From Paludibacteraceae bacterium (GTDB taxonomy: Bacteria; Bacteroidota; Bacteroidia; Bacteroidales; Paludibacteraceae), in assembly GCA_017652785.1 (NCBI GenBank), contig JAGCAG010000066.1, positions 1 through 38,371 of the forward strand: a stretch of DNA of 38,371 bases. The letters are read 5' to 3'. A model generated the notes under the pieces. That model did not search any database. It saw only the letters and a list, made by a program, of their open reading frames with translations, and was not told where the DNA came from. Within the stretch, counting starts at the first letter, position 1; each line of letters starts with the position of its first letter. A program made the position numbers and the translations under genes. Positions 17,735 to 27,563 of this stretch are shown here, piece by piece.

Positions 17735-17742
17735 TACCTTTG
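17735..17742 (+). promoter_or_regulatory. -7 box TACCTTTG for the tRNA-Asn pair
   Basis: Matches TAnnTTTG 27 nt upstream of the first tRNA, with TTGTTG about 20 nt further upstream (17709-17714). Confidence 0.45.
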
Positions 17743-17769
17743 CAACACTTTTTTGAAAAAAAGTAAAAA

Positions 17770-17843
17770 GCTTCAATAGCTCAGTTGGTTAGAGCACCTG
17801 ACTGTTAATCAGGGGGTCGTTGGTTCAAGCCCATCTTGAAGCG
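17770..17843 (+). tRNA. tRNA-Asn (anticodon GTT), copy 1
   Basis: The 74-nt cloverleaf was folded by hand. Acceptor stem is GCTTCAA/TTGAAGC, D arm is GCTC-AGTTGGTTA-GAGC, anticodon arm is CCTGA-CTGTTAA-TCAGG, discriminator is G, and no CCA is encoded. The T stem GTTGG/CCATC has one U.U mismatch. Confidence 0.88.
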
Positions 17844-17854
17844 CAAAAAAATAT

Positions 17855-17928
17855 TCTTCAGTAGCTCAGTCGGTTAGAGCATCTGACTGTTAATCAGAGG
17901 GTCGTTGGTTCAAGTCCAACCTGAAGAG
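17855..17928 (+). tRNA. tRNA-Asn (anticodon GTT), copy 2
   Basis: 74 nt. Acceptor stem is TCTTCAG/CTGAAGA, anticodon arm is TCTGA-CTGTTAA-TCAGA, T arm is GTTGG-TTCAAGT-CCAAC (perfect), discriminator is G, and no CCA is encoded. Confidence 0.92.
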
Positions 17929-17946
17929 CAAAAAATAAAAATGTAT

Positions 17947-17976
17947 GTTTCGGATTTTCTTCCGAAACTATTTTTA
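17947..17976 (+). terminator. Intrinsic terminator after the tRNA pair
   Basis: An 8-bp stem GTTTCGGA / TCCGAAAC with a 6-nt loop, followed by TATTTTTA. Confidence 0.55.
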
Positions 17977-18011
17977 TGTAGAAAATTATACAACTTTTTT
18001 TGCGCAAAGAA

Positions 18012-19001
18012 ATGGCAAATTCCAATTTTGTTGACTATGTGAAAATCTTTTGCCGAAGCGGAAAAGGTGGGGCAGGTTCTGCTCATTTTCATCGAGAAAA
18101 ATATATTCCAAAGGGAGGTCCAGACGGAGGTGATGGTGGTCGAGGTGGACATGTTATTCTTCGTGCAAATAAAGATTATTGGACTCTTATTCATTTGAAA
18201 TACGCACGACATATTTTTGCAGGAAATGGTGAAAGTGGAGGCGGAAGTAGAAGTTTTGGTGCTGACGGAGAGGATAAAATTATTGAGGTTCCTTGCGGTA
18301 CAATGGCATACGATGCAGAAACTCACGAGTTTATTTGCGATGTAACCGAACATGGTCAAGAGGTTATTTTGCTTAAAGGTGGACGTGGAGGTTTAGGCAA
18401 TTGGCATTTTAGAACAGCTACAAATCAAACACCCCGTTATGCGCAACCTGGAGAACCAATGCAGGAACGTTCTATTATTTTGGAACTAAAAGTTCTTGCC
18501 GATGTTGGATTGGTTGGTTTCCCAAATGCAGGAAAATCGACTCTTTTGTCGGTAGTTTCAGCTGCAAAACCAAAAATTGCAAATTATCCTTTTACTACAC
18601 TTGTCCCCAATCTTGGAATTGTAATGTATCGAGACAATAAATCTTTTTGCATGGCCGATATTCCTGGAATAATAGAAGGGGCTCACGAAGGAAAAGGTTT
18701 GGGCTTGAGATTTTTACGGCATATAGAAAGAAATTCTATATTACTCTTTATGATTCCTTCTGATAGCGAAGATGTGGAAAAGGAATATGAGATTCTTCTT
18801 AATGAATTAAGAGAGTATAATCCAGAGTTGGTGGATAAAAAGCGCATTCTTGCAATCACAAAGTGTGATGTGGTGGACAAAGAACAAATTGAGAAATTGC
18901 AAAAAAAATTACCAAAGGTTCCAAGTGTGTTTATTTCTTCTGTTGCGGGAGAAGGAATAGCCGAACTTAAAGACGTTCTTTGGAAAGCATTGCAAGAGTA
19001 A
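18012..19001 (+). CDS. obg: GTPase ObgE/CgtA
   Basis: Contains [41 protein letters not shown] and the G1 motif GFPNAGKST. The ORF-track start 18000 is TTG, so I prefer ATG 18012 (MANSNF...). Confidence 0.92.
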   Translation: MANSNFVDYVKIFCRSGKGGAGSAHFHREKYIPKGGPDGGDGGRGGHVILRANKDYWTLIHLKYARHIFAGNGESGGGSRSFGADGEDKIIEVPCGTMAYDAETHEFICDVTEHGQEVILLKGGRGGLGNWHFRTATNQTPRYAQPGEPMQERSIILELKVLADVGLVGFPNAGKSTLLSVVSAAKPKIANYPFTTLVPNLGIVMYRDNKSFCMADIPGIIEGAHEGKGLGLRFLRHIERNSILLFMIPSDSEDVEKEYEILLNELREYNPELVDKKRILAITKCDVVDKEQIEKLQKKLPKVPSVFISSVAGEGIAELKDVLWKALQE

Positions 19002-19019
19002 AAAAATCAACACGCAGGG

Positions 19020-20165
19020 ATGAAAAGAATTGCAATTCTCGGTTCTACTGGATCCATTGGCACTCAGACGCTTGAAGTTATTAAGCAAAATCCAGAACGT
19101 TTTGAATTATATGCCATTACTGGAAACAATAATGTTGATTTACTTGTTAAACAAGCTCGTGAATTTTTGCCAGAAGTGGTTTGTGTTGCAAACGAATCGC
19201 TCTATCAACAGGTAAAAGATGCGCTAAATGATTTGCCAATAAAAGTTTTTTCAGGTAAAGAATCTATTGCGGAGATGGTGCAAATGCAACCTATTGACAT
19301 TGTTGTAACAGCAATGGTTGGTTATGCAGGACTTTTGCCAACTATCAGGGCTATTGAAGCAGGAAAAACTATTGCCTTGGCAAACAAAGAAACTCTTGTT
19401 GTGGCTGGGGAACTTATTTGTGATTTAGCACAAAAATATAATGCTCCTATTTTGCCAGTTGATAGTGAACATTCAGCTATTTTTCAATGTTTAGCAGGAG
19501 AGTGCAATAGTAAAATCGAGAAAATATTACTTACAGCATCAGGAGGACCTTTTCGAACTTTTTCTTTTGACGCATTGAAGAGCGTTACTGCAAAGCAGGC
19601 TCTTAAACATCCTAATTGGGAAATGGGGGCAAAAATCACTATTGATTCAGCAAGTATGATGAATAAAGGTTTCGAAGTGATTGAGGCAAAATGGTTATTT
19701 GGATTAAATGCTGAGCAGATAGAGGTGCTCGTTCATCCTCAAAGTATTGTTCATAGTATGGTTCAGTTTGCCGATGGAGCAATAAAGGCTCAACTTGGAG
19801 CTCCAGATATGAAACTTCCTATTCAATATGCACTTACATATCCTGAACGTATAGAGGCTGATTTTCCACGTGTGGATTTTACTAAAACTACACAACTTAC
19901 TTTTGAAAAACCAGATTTGCAAAAGTTCAGAAACCTACAATTTGCTTTTGATGCCATGAAAAAAGGAGGAAACTTACCTTGCATACTTAATGCTGCCAAC
20001 GAGGTTGTGGTTAAGGCCTTTTTAGAAGAGAGAATAAGTTTCTTGCAAATGAGTGAATTGATTGAGTTTGCGATGAGAAAGGTGGAATTCATTGCTCAAC
20101 CCACTTATGAGGATTATGTTGAAACAGACAAAAAAACAAGAATATTTGTCTCAGAACTTTTCTAG
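19020..20165 (+). CDS. dxr: 1-deoxy-D-xylulose 5-phosphate reductoisomerase
   Basis: 381 aa. Contains MKRIAILGSTGSIGTQTL, LANKETLV, VDSEHSA and NAANEV. Confidence 0.95.
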   Translation: MKRIAILGSTGSIGTQTLEVIKQNPERFELYAITGNNNVDLLVKQAREFLPEVVCVANESLYQQVKDALNDLPIKVFSGKESIAEMVQMQPIDIVVTAMVGYAGLLPTIRAIEAGKTIALANKETLVVAGELICDLAQKYNAPILPVDSEHSAIFQCLAGECNSKIEKILLTASGGPFRTFSFDALKSVTAKQALKHPNWEMGAKITIDSASMMNKGFEVIEAKWLFGLNAEQIEVLVHPQSIVHSMVQFADGAIKAQLGAPDMKLPIQYALTYPERIEADFPRVDFTKTTQLTFEKPDLQKFRNLQFAFDAMKKGGNLPCILNAANEVVVKAFLEERISFLQMSELIEFAMRKVEFIAQPTYEDYVETDKKTRIFVSELF

Positions 20166-20168
20166 GAA

Positions 20169-21287
20169 TTAAATCTTTACAAAATAATTTCTTCGGTACA
20201 TAAAAAATAGTACACCGAAGACACATCCTACTTGAGACAACTCAATAAAAAAAGGATAAAGATTTTCTGAAAATTGCTCCAAACCATAAAAGAGTGAAGT
20301 TCCTACACTTCGGAAATTTACAAGTTCAAATAATACATATGCCACAATAGAATTCATTCCATAAATTCTTAGCCAAAGAAATGGTTTTTGAATTTTTCTT
20401 ACATCAATAACGTAATAAAAGACTGCTAACAATAAGAAACATATTCCTCCGCTAAAAAGTGTCATTGAACTTGTCCAAAGACGTTTTATGATAGGCATTT
20501 GAGAACTCCAAACAAAACCAATAATTAGCAAAACAGCACCTATTACTCCCAAAAGCAAAGTTTTTCTATTTTCTGAAATAGAGGTTTTTAGCAACGATCC
20601 AGCAAAGGTTCCAAGAAGTATTGTTGCAGAAAAGTTCAAACTACTAAGTATCCACGTATAAGTATAAGAATCAGAGAAAAACCATTCGCCGTTCTTCCAG
20701 AATACTCCATCTTTGAATCTCCCTAAAACAACATTATCAATACGATAAGCAATGTTTCCTATTGGAGAAAAATCATTGTCTCCGAAACAATAAAAAACAG
20801 CCCAATAGGCAATTAGAAGAAGAGATGCTACAACTATTTGCCATTTGGTTTTGAAAAACAAAAACAACAACGAAGCAACTAAATACCCTATAGCAATGGC
20901 TTGTAATGTATTTGAAAAAATACGAAAACGATAAATGTCAAAAGACAATAAATTGCCTTGAACAAGACAACCTAATATCCATAAGACAAAAAAACGTTTT
21001 ACGATCTTTAGCCATAAACTGACATTTTTGGGCTCTCCCTTTTTGTATCGAGAAAATGCAAACGGAATAGTTATCCCCGACATAAAAAGAAAAAGAGGCA
21101 TCACGATATCCCAAACACTAAAACCCTGCCACGCTACGTGGTCTATTTGAGCCTTTAATGCTAATGAAAAAGGCGACTGATATGCTTCGCAAAGCTTCCA
21201 AAGAAGCGGTTGTAACGCAACCAAAAAGAACAAATCTGCTCCTCTCAGCACATCCAATGAAACCAAACGTTGTTGTGGCTTTGTCAT
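20169..21287 (-). CDS. Polytopic membrane protein, HGSNAT/acyltransferase_3-like (DUF5009/DUF1624 type)
   Basis: 372 aa and about 10 TM segments. The N-terminus RLVSLDVLRGADLFFLV is typical of this family. Family assignment is from memory only. Confidence 0.55.
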   Translation of the reverse strand: MTKPQQRLVSLDVLRGADLFFLVALQPLLWKLCEAYQSPFSLALKAQIDHVAWQGFSVWDIVMPLFLFMSGITIPFAFSRYKKGEPKNVSLWLKIVKRFFVLWILGCLVQGNLLSFDIYRFRIFSNTLQAIAIGYLVASLLFLFFKTKWQIVVASLLLIAYWAVFYCFGDNDFSPIGNIAYRIDNVVLGRFKDGVFWKNGEWFFSDSYTYTWILSSLNFSATILLGTFAGSLLKTSISENRKTLLLGVIGAVLLIIGFVWSSQMPIIKRLWTSSMTLFSGGICFLLLAVFYYVIDVRKIQKPFLWLRIYGMNSIVAYVLFELVNFRSVGTSLFYGLEQFSENLYPFFIELSQVGCVFGVLFFMYRRNYFVKI

Positions 21288-21292
21288 TTTTT

Positions 21293-22498
21293 TTATTTAA
21301 GGTTTTTGAGGGTATGTCCCATCTTTTCTTTCTTAGTTTTCATATAAACCGAGTTATATTTGTTGGTTTCTATTTCGATGGGCACATTCTCTACAATTTC
21401 CAACCCATAACCTTCCAAGCCAATACGTTTAACAGGATTATTTGTCATTAAACGCATTTTTTTTATGCCAATTTCTCGCAAAATACTTGCTCCAACACCA
21501 TAATCTCGCTCATCAGCTTTATAACCAAGATGAATGTTTGCTTCTACTGTATCAAGACCTTCTTCTTGCAATTTGTAAGCTGCAATTTTGTCCATAAGGC
21601 CAATTCCACGACCTTCTTGATTAAGGTAAATAATAGCTCCTTTTCCTTCTTTTTCAACTGCTTGCATGGCCAGATGAAGTTGTTCGCCGCATTCGCAACG
21701 CTTGGAACCAAAAATATCACCTGTAGCACAAGAAGAGTGCACTCGAACTAAAACAGGTTCGTCTTCCTTCCAAGTGCCTTTTATGAGTGCCATGTGTTCC
21801 AATCCATTTGATTTTTGGCGAAAAGGAATAATTCTAAAATGTCCGTAAGCAGTGGGCAAATCAGCTTCTTCTCCTTTTTCTACAATTGTCTCCGTGCGAA
21901 GTCGATAAGCAATCAAGTCGTGAATAGTTATGATTTTAATGCCGAACTTTTCTGCTATTTTTTGCAATTCAGGCATTCTTGCCATTGTTCCGTCTTCGTT
22001 CATTATTTCCATCAGAGCTCCAGCAGGATAAAGCCCTGCAAGGCGAGCCATGTCGATAGTTGCTTCGGTATGTCCCGCACGACGAAGTACGCCTTTTTCT
22101 TGTGCATAAAGCGGATTGATGTGTCCTGGTCGGCCAAATGTTTGAGGCGTTGAATTTGGATCGGCTAACGCACGAATAGTAGCAGCTCTATCCGCGGCAG
22201 AAACTCCTGTTGAGCAACCTTCTATTTTATCAATAGTAACAGTAAATGGAGTTCCAAGAATAGATGTGTTGTCCGATACCTGACGTGGCAAATCGAGTTC
22301 GTTGCAGCGCGAAATAGTAATAGGAGCACAAAGCAAGCCTCGCGCATGTTTGAGCATGAAATTTACTTTTTCTGGGGTGATCTTTTCGGCGGCGATAATA
22401 AAGTCGCCTTCGTTTTCACGATCTTCGTCATCAACTACAATTAGGAATTTTCCTTCGCGAAAATCCTCAATAGCTTCTTCTATTGTATTTATCTTCAT
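21293..22498 (-). CDS. ribBA: Bifunctional 3,4-dihydroxy-2-butanone-4-phosphate synthase / GTP cyclohydrolase II
   Basis: 401 aa. [12 protein letters not shown] marks the DHBP synthase part and [20 protein letters not shown] marks GCH II. Confidence 0.95.
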   Translation of the reverse strand: MKINTIEEAIEDFREGKFLIVVDDEDRENEGDFIIAAEKITPEKVNFMLKHARGLLCAPITISRCNELDLPRQVSDNTSILGTPFTVTIDKIEGCSTGVSAADRAATIRALADPNSTPQTFGRPGHINPLYAQEKGVLRRAGHTEATIDMARLAGLYPAGALMEIMNEDGTMARMPELQKIAEKFGIKIITIHDLIAYRLRTETIVEKGEEADLPTAYGHFRIIPFRQKSNGLEHMALIKGTWKEDEPVLVRVHSSCATGDIFGSKRCECGEQLHLAMQAVEKEGKGAIIYLNQEGRGIGLMDKIAAYKLQEEGLDTVEANIHLGYKADERDYGVGASILREIGIKKMRLMTNNPVKRIGLEGYGLEIVENVPIEIETNKYNSVYMKTKKEKMGHTLKNLK

Positions 22499-23961
22499 AT
22501 TGCTTTATTTTTTTTCTTAAATAACAATTTTAGGTTGGAGAAAGTTTTTCTCCACGCTTCGGAATTAAATAGAGGTGAATCAGTAGCCGCTTTATAGGTC
22601 AAAAATATGCCTATAGGCAACAAAATCAGAGAACTAAACCACATCCCAAAGAACGTGTTCCACATACCTTCGGTTGCCATTTTTGTTCCAATATTGTTCA
22701 AAATATAATAAATAACAAAAAACACTACTGAGATTACTACGGGCATTCCCAATCCGCCTTTTCGAATAATGGAGCCAAGAGGCATTCCTATGAAAAAGAA
22801 AATAATGCAAGCAAACGACAAAGTAAAACGATTATACCATTCTACCAAATGTTTGTTTACATACGATTGTGCGGAATCAATCAGTGTTTGATTGTAGCGT
22901 ACATTACTTTTTGCTACTTCGACTTTGTTTTGAGCAAGTTTCAGTACTTTTTCCATTTGCACTTTGGAGAGGGTGCGGAAAAGTGAATCAACATTATAAC
23001 TTTTAAGAGTTTCTTCTATGTTTTTCGCCGCAGAAAAAACCGAATCCTTATTTATATTCTCACCCAAAGGTTTGAAAAATGTGCTATTTTTTATCTTGTT
23101 CTGATAGGCAAAAGCTACAGAATCTCTAACTAAACGAGAAGAATCAATGTCTTTGTTCAAACGCTTTAAATCTTTACTGATATGTTGATCTTGCAAAAAA
23201 GATTCGTCCATTCGATTGAAATTTCCGTCAAAATCAATCAAAATTTCCTTCTGTTTGAATGTTTCTCGGCGATATGGAATGTTGTTTTTTGTTTTTTGTT
23301 CCATTTTCAAATTTTCAAACATTTCGCCATCGTAGAGAGTGAGAATTAAATTCATTTTATCCTTGGTAGACTTTATTTTTGCTGAGTCAGCAGTCAATAT
23401 CGCTGCATCTCTAAATCCATTTGTAAAGTCGTACATCTTGACGTGTTTTAATAATTTTTTTTTATGATCCTTTTCTCTTACGTAGATATTCAAACCTGTT
23501 ATTCCAGAATAAAATTCTCCAGTTGGGATTTCTAATTCTGGGGATTTGTGTTTAATTGAAAATATCAGAGTCCAAAGTTTTTTTTGCGTTATTGGCAATA
23601 CATTATTCGAAAAGAAAAAAGCTCCGATTGAAAGCATTATTACACTGATTAGAAGTGGCAATACGATCCTAAAAAGGGAAATTCCAGCCGACTTCATAGC
23701 CAAAAGTTCTAACTTTTCGCCCATATCGCCAAATGACATCAGTGATGCCAATAATACTGCCAAGGGTAATGCTAAAGGAATAAGCGATAATGCAGAATAA
23801 AAGAAAAATTCAAATAACAAAGAAAAATCGAATCCTTTACCTACCAAATCGCCTATGCGCAACCACAACGTTTGCATTACCACAATAAAAAGACAAATAA
23901 AAAAAGTGGCTGCAAACGTGATAAAAAAATTGCGTAATATGTAACGATCTATTTTTTTCAA
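22495..23961 (-). CDS. LptF/LptG (YjgP/YjgQ) family permease
   Basis: The N-terminus is [13 protein letters not shown]. There are 3 N-terminal and 3 C-terminal TM segments around a large Lys-rich periplasmic domain. The ORF-track start 23997 (TTG) sits inside a predicted -7 box, so the start is more likely TTG 23961. The stop overlaps the ribBA start by 4 nt. Confidence 0.72.
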   Translation of the reverse strand: MKKIDRYILRNFFITFAATFFICLFIVVMQTLWLRIGDLVGKGFDFSLLFEFFFYSALSLIPLALPLAVLLASLMSFGDMGEKLELLAMKSAGISLFRIVLPLLISVIMLSIGAFFFSNNVLPITQKKLWTLIFSIKHKSPELEIPTGEFYSGITGLNIYVREKDHKKKLLKHVKMYDFTNGFRDAAILTADSAKIKSTKDKMNLILTLYDGEMFENLKMEQKTKNNIPYRRETFKQKEILIDFDGNFNRMDESFLQDQHISKDLKRLNKDIDSSRLVRDSVAFAYQNKIKNSTFFKPLGENINKDSVFSAAKNIEETLKSYNVDSLFRTLSKVQMEKVLKLAQNKVEVAKSNVRYNQTLIDSAQSYVNKHLVEWYNRFTLSFACIIFFFIGMPLGSIIRKGGLGMPVVISVVFFVIYYILNNIGTKMATEGMWNTFFGMWFSSLILLPIGIFLTYKAATDSPLFNSEAWRKTFSNLKLLFKKKNKAI

Positions 23962-23994
23962 AATCAACGGAGAATCAAAATTCCAACCAAGTCG

Positions 23995-24002
23995 CAAAGA
24001 TA
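23995..24002 (-). promoter_or_regulatory. -7 box TATCTTTG (- strand) for lptF/G-like-ribBA-DUF5009
   Basis: The reverse complement of caaagata matches TAnnTTTG, about 33 nt upstream of the TTG at 23961. Confidence 0.4.
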
Positions 24003-24103
24003 GTGAAAACTTATGAAGTTAGCGATAAAATCCTTTAAGGCGATAATTATAAGAAAAATTGCTTAAGAGTGACACTTATGCGGCATTCAACAGTTACCGC
24101 ACA

Positions 24104-24757
24104 ATGTTGCAGATGATACAGATAGATGGGGTAAAGGTGAACGATGGACGTATGTTGGCAAGTAAGAAGCCACGCCGCTATCTTTGTAACAAAGATTTGG
24201 AAATTGAAGAAAAAGTAGCGATACAAAAGTATATTGAATCGTTGCTAGAAAATACAGACGACTCTCATCTGCTTTATTTTGAAAATAATGACTATATTTA
24301 CATATTCAATACTTTGCTGTCAAGATATGAAGAGAATATTGTTGACGGTGACGGTTTTGAAATTCTGCGAAAAATAGATTTAAATAATATATCAAATGAA
24401 GAACAAAGAGAAATTGATAGAATCGCCGACAAGAATCTTCAATCTTTTGATAAGAATATTGGCGAGTTTAGGAATGAACAAAAAGTTAATCACAGCAGTG
24501 GCAATAATTCTGCCAAAGCCACAGCAGCGGTACAAACTGATGGAGTGGATATCGGAACAGGCAAAAACTCAAAAGCCGACAGAGGGCGAGATACTGGAGC
24601 AGGCAATGATAATAGAGGAAACGGAGGAATAAACACACTTGAAGGCACAATCCTCTTCAGCAGAAGAAAGGGTGCAGAGAGCATTAAAATAGATAGAATA
24701 AAATATCCGTCTATTTTAGGAACTTTTCTGCCTCATTGTTTTGTAAAATTTCAATAG
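24104..24757 (+). CDS. Orphan hypothetical protein (217 aa from ATG 24104; 232 aa from TTG 24059)
   Basis: The reading frame is open from the stop at 24050-24052 to TAG 24755-24757 in AT-rich DNA. There is no signal peptide, no TM segment and no family I recognise. The last 47 nt overlap the convergent S41 protease gene. Confidence 0.35.
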   Translation: MLQMIQIDGVKVNDGRMLASKKPRRYLCNKDLEIEEKVAIQKYIESLLENTDDSHLLYFENNDYIYIFNTLLSRYEENIVDGDGFEILRKIDLNNISNEEQREIDRIADKNLQSFDKNIGEFRNEQKVNHSSGNNSAKATAAVQTDGVDIGTGKNSKADRGRDTGAGNDNRGNGGINTLEGTILFSRRKGAESIKIDRIKYPSILGTFLPHCFVKFQ

Positions 24758-26285
24758 CCCTTTGCAAAACTAAATCTTGCTCATTGATAATCTGAAAATA
24801 AGCAGAGGAGTTCCACAAATCGCGAGCAATGATGGCTTTAATCAAAGTTTCTATATATGTTTTTGAAAGCTCATACTGAACTTGATCAAAAGCCATTCCC
24901 GATTTCTCTGCATTTTCCACCAATTGTTCAAGTAAAGTGCTTTCTACTTTATAGTTTTGCACAAAGTTGTTTGCAGTCTTGTATTTGTTTCTCAATAGTT
25001 TTTCTTGTTCAAGAACATACTTCGAAACCGTTTTATTCAGTACGCCTTTGGTAATAATGTTTTGGTAGTAGTCAGAAAAAAAAGAGGTATCTAATGGAAC
25101 AAAAACATCTGGCATAATTCCTCCTCCTCCGTATACGGTACGTTTTTTTATCAATGTTTCATATTTTAGCGAATCAGGGAAAACAATACTATCTTCGCTT
25201 TGCAACTCTCCTTTGACAAGTCTATCTGTCAAATCCTGATAATATTTTTCTGTTCCTTCTCCATATGGACGCTGAATCCAACGTTTAGTAGGTGTAAGGT
25301 AACGAGCAACGGTCAGTCGGATAACTGAGCCATCGTTCAACGCTAACGGACGCTGAACCAAACCTTTGGCAAAAGTGCGTCGCCCAACTATCAAAGCTCT
25401 ATCCCAATCTTGTAAAGCTCCTGCAACAATTTCACTTGCCGAAGCAGAATATTCGTCCACCAAAACAACTAAGTTGCATTTTTCGTATTTACCTTTTCTT
25501 CTCGTGAGCTCTTCTTCAAGTAAAGAGTCGCTTCCTTGTGTAAAAACTATCGTTTTTTCGCCTGAAAGGAATTCGTCGGTTAACTCCAATGCCGTTCTTA
25601 GCAAACCACCCGAGTTGCCTCTCAAGTCAAGAATAATGTTTGAAAACGAGCCTAACTTTTTCATTGCCGAGTGGAATTCCGCCATGGTCTGAAGTCCAAA
25701 ACTGTTTAGTTTGACATATGCCGTTTGTTTGTCAATTTTATATGCAGCATCAAGGGTATGAATGGGAATTTTGTCTCTTATGATATGAAACGGAATCAAC
25801 TCTTTTTCTCCTTTTCGTTTGATGTCAACAATCACTTCGCTACCTTTTGGTCCTCTGATCTTTTTTGTTATCTCCGAAGTTGTCATTTTGACGCCAGAAA
25901 TTGGGACACCATCTACACGAATCAACTGATCACCGAGCAAAACACCAACTTTTTGAGCTGGGCAACCTGAAATTATTTGCAACACTTGCAATGTGTCGTC
26001 AATCATTTGAAACGAAATACCAATGCCTTCAAAATTTCCGTTTATCGACTCGTTGGCTTTTTCTATTTCCGAAGCAGGAATATATGTGGAGTGTGGATCT
26101 AATTGCTCCAAGATTCCTCTGATTGCATTTTCTACTAAAATAGAATCGGAAATAGAATCAACATAAAAACTTAGAATTGAATTAACGGCATTGTTTAGTT
26201 TCCAATACTGCTGTGCCGAAAATTCTCGTTTAGAGAACAACAAAATAGGGCAACAAAATAGGATAACTAAGATTGCTTTTTTCAT
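24711..26285 (-). CDS. S41 family C-terminal processing peptidase with PDZ domain
   Basis: 524 aa with a signal peptide. Contains ILDLRGNSGGLL, SASASEIVAGALQD and RTFAKGLVQ (Ser/Lys dyad context). Confidence 0.88.
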   Translation of the reverse strand: MKKAILVILFCCPILLFSKREFSAQQYWKLNNAVNSILSFYVDSISDSILVENAIRGILEQLDPHSTYIPASEIEKANESINGNFEGIGISFQMIDDTLQVLQIISGCPAQKVGVLLGDQLIRVDGVPISGVKMTTSEITKKIRGPKGSEVIVDIKRKGEKELIPFHIIRDKIPIHTLDAAYKIDKQTAYVKLNSFGLQTMAEFHSAMKKLGSFSNIILDLRGNSGGLLRTALELTDEFLSGEKTIVFTQGSDSLLEEELTRRKGKYEKCNLVVLVDEYSASASEIVAGALQDWDRALIVGRRTFAKGLVQRPLALNDGSVIRLTVARYLTPTKRWIQRPYGEGTEKYYQDLTDRLVKGELQSEDSIVFPDSLKYETLIKKRTVYGGGGIMPDVFVPLDTSFFSDYYQNIITKGVLNKTVSKYVLEQEKLLRNKYKTANNFVQNYKVESTLLEQLVENAEKSGMAFDQVQYELSKTYIETLIKAIIARDLWNSSAYFQIINEQDLVLQRAIEILQNNEAEKFLK

Positions 26286-27556
26286 TATTTTCTTTCGTGT
26301 TTATATTTGAAAAGCGCTGCAAATAGTACAGCAACAACCAATGCATAAGAGGCAAAAATAAACCAAACCATATTCCAATTGCCAAGCAAGAATTGATCAG
26401 ACCACGAGCAGTAGCGATTAACAATCATTCCTGCAATCCACGTTCCTACCGATGCGCCAATCCCATTGGTCATAAGCATAAACAAACCTTGTGCGTTTGC
26501 TTGCATCGGTTTGCTTGCCTCTTGCTCAACAAACAATGCCCCCGAAACATTGAAAAAGTCGAAAGCCACTCCATAAACCACGCACGAGAGGAATAGAAAT
26601 ACAATGCCCAAGGCACTCTCGGTGGATCCTATGCCAAAAAATCCGAAACGAAGCACCCAGCCAAACATAGCGATAAGCATCACTTTTTTAATGCCAAAAC
26701 GTTTTAAGAAAAACGGAATTAGCAAAAGGCAAAGTGCTTCGCAAATCTGACTGACCGAAATCAAAAATGTAGGATTCTGAGCGAACCAGCTTTTTCCTAC
26801 AGCGGCAAAATGGTTGATGTAAGGCGTAGCAAATCCGTTTGTAATTTGCAAACTTACACCAAGAAGCATCGAAAATAGAAAGAAAATGGCCATTTTCTTC
26901 TGTTTGAAAAGTACAAATGCGTCTAAACCAAGTCGTTGTATGAGTGTTTTTTGACTGTTTTTTTTGTTGGAAGCAATAATACATTCGGGTAAGGTAAAAC
27001 AATAAAGACCTAACACTATGCCCAATACGGCAGAAATAATCAACTGCATATAGGTAAACTGAGCTGTTTCAGCTAAACCTATTTTTACAAAATTGACAAA
27101 CCACATTGCAGCAATAAAACCTACTGTTCCAAATACTCGAATAGGAGGAAAGTCTTTAATCTTGTCGAATCCATAACGTTCTAAAGCGGAAAATGCTACA
27201 GTGTTTGCCAATGCAATGGTTGGCATATAAAACGCCACACTAACGCAGTAGGGTAAAAAAATGGCCCAAATGCTAATGCCAACGCCTTGCATCCCCATTA
27301 CAGCTGTTAGAAGCATAAATCCAGATGACAAAAGGTGAGCAATGCCAAGCAAACACTGCGGTTGAATATATTTATCGGCGATGGTTCCCATTATTGATGG
27401 CATGAAAATAGAAACCACGCCTTGTGCTATGTAGAACCAAGCAATGTACTCGCCTAAACCGATGCGACCCAGGAAATTGCCTATACACGTTAAGTATGCT
27501 CCCCAAACGGCAAATTGGAGAAAATTCATTATAACTAATCGAAATTTCAATCCCAT
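26285..27556 (-). CDS. MFS nucleoside:H+ symporter family permease (NupG/XapB-like)
   Basis: 423 aa and 12 TM segments. The N-terminus LKFRLVIMNFLQFAVWGAYLT is typical of the nucleoside permease family. TAATG stop/start overlap with the protease gene. Confidence 0.78.
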   Translation of the reverse strand: MGLKFRLVIMNFLQFAVWGAYLTCIGNFLGRIGLGEYIAWFYIAQGVVSIFMPSIMGTIADKYIQPQCLLGIAHLLSSGFMLLTAVMGMQGVGISIWAIFLPYCVSVAFYMPTIALANTVAFSALERYGFDKIKDFPPIRVFGTVGFIAAMWFVNFVKIGLAETAQFTYMQLIISAVLGIVLGLYCFTLPECIIASNKKNSQKTLIQRLGLDAFVLFKQKKMAIFFLFSMLLGVSLQITNGFATPYINHFAAVGKSWFAQNPTFLISVSQICEALCLLLIPFFLKRFGIKKVMLIAMFGWVLRFGFFGIGSTESALGIVFLFLSCVVYGVAFDFFNVSGALFVEQEASKPMQANAQGLFMLMTNGIGASVGTWIAGMIVNRYCSWSDQFLLGNWNMVWFIFASYALVVAVLFAALFKYKHERK

Positions 27557-27563
27557 AAAGTTT

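Noticed and set aside
17770-18000. The tRNA pair as a possible integration hotspot (att site or island boundary).
   Set aside because: There is no integrase, no direct repeat of the tRNA 3' end downstream, and the flanking genes (oxidoreductase, obg, dxr) are core housekeeping genes.
17910-18359. A 149-aa - strand ORF spanning the tRNA-Asn 3' end, the terminator and the obg 5' region.
   Set aside because: It overlaps a tRNA, an intrinsic terminator and the highly conserved Obg N-terminus. It has no plausible independent promoter or motifs.
24396-24684. Alternative-frame ORFs within the orphan region (24396-24632 on the + strand, 24490-24684 on the - strand).
   Set aside because: Both are much shorter than the 232-codon frame and nested in it, with compositions consistent with off-frame translation.
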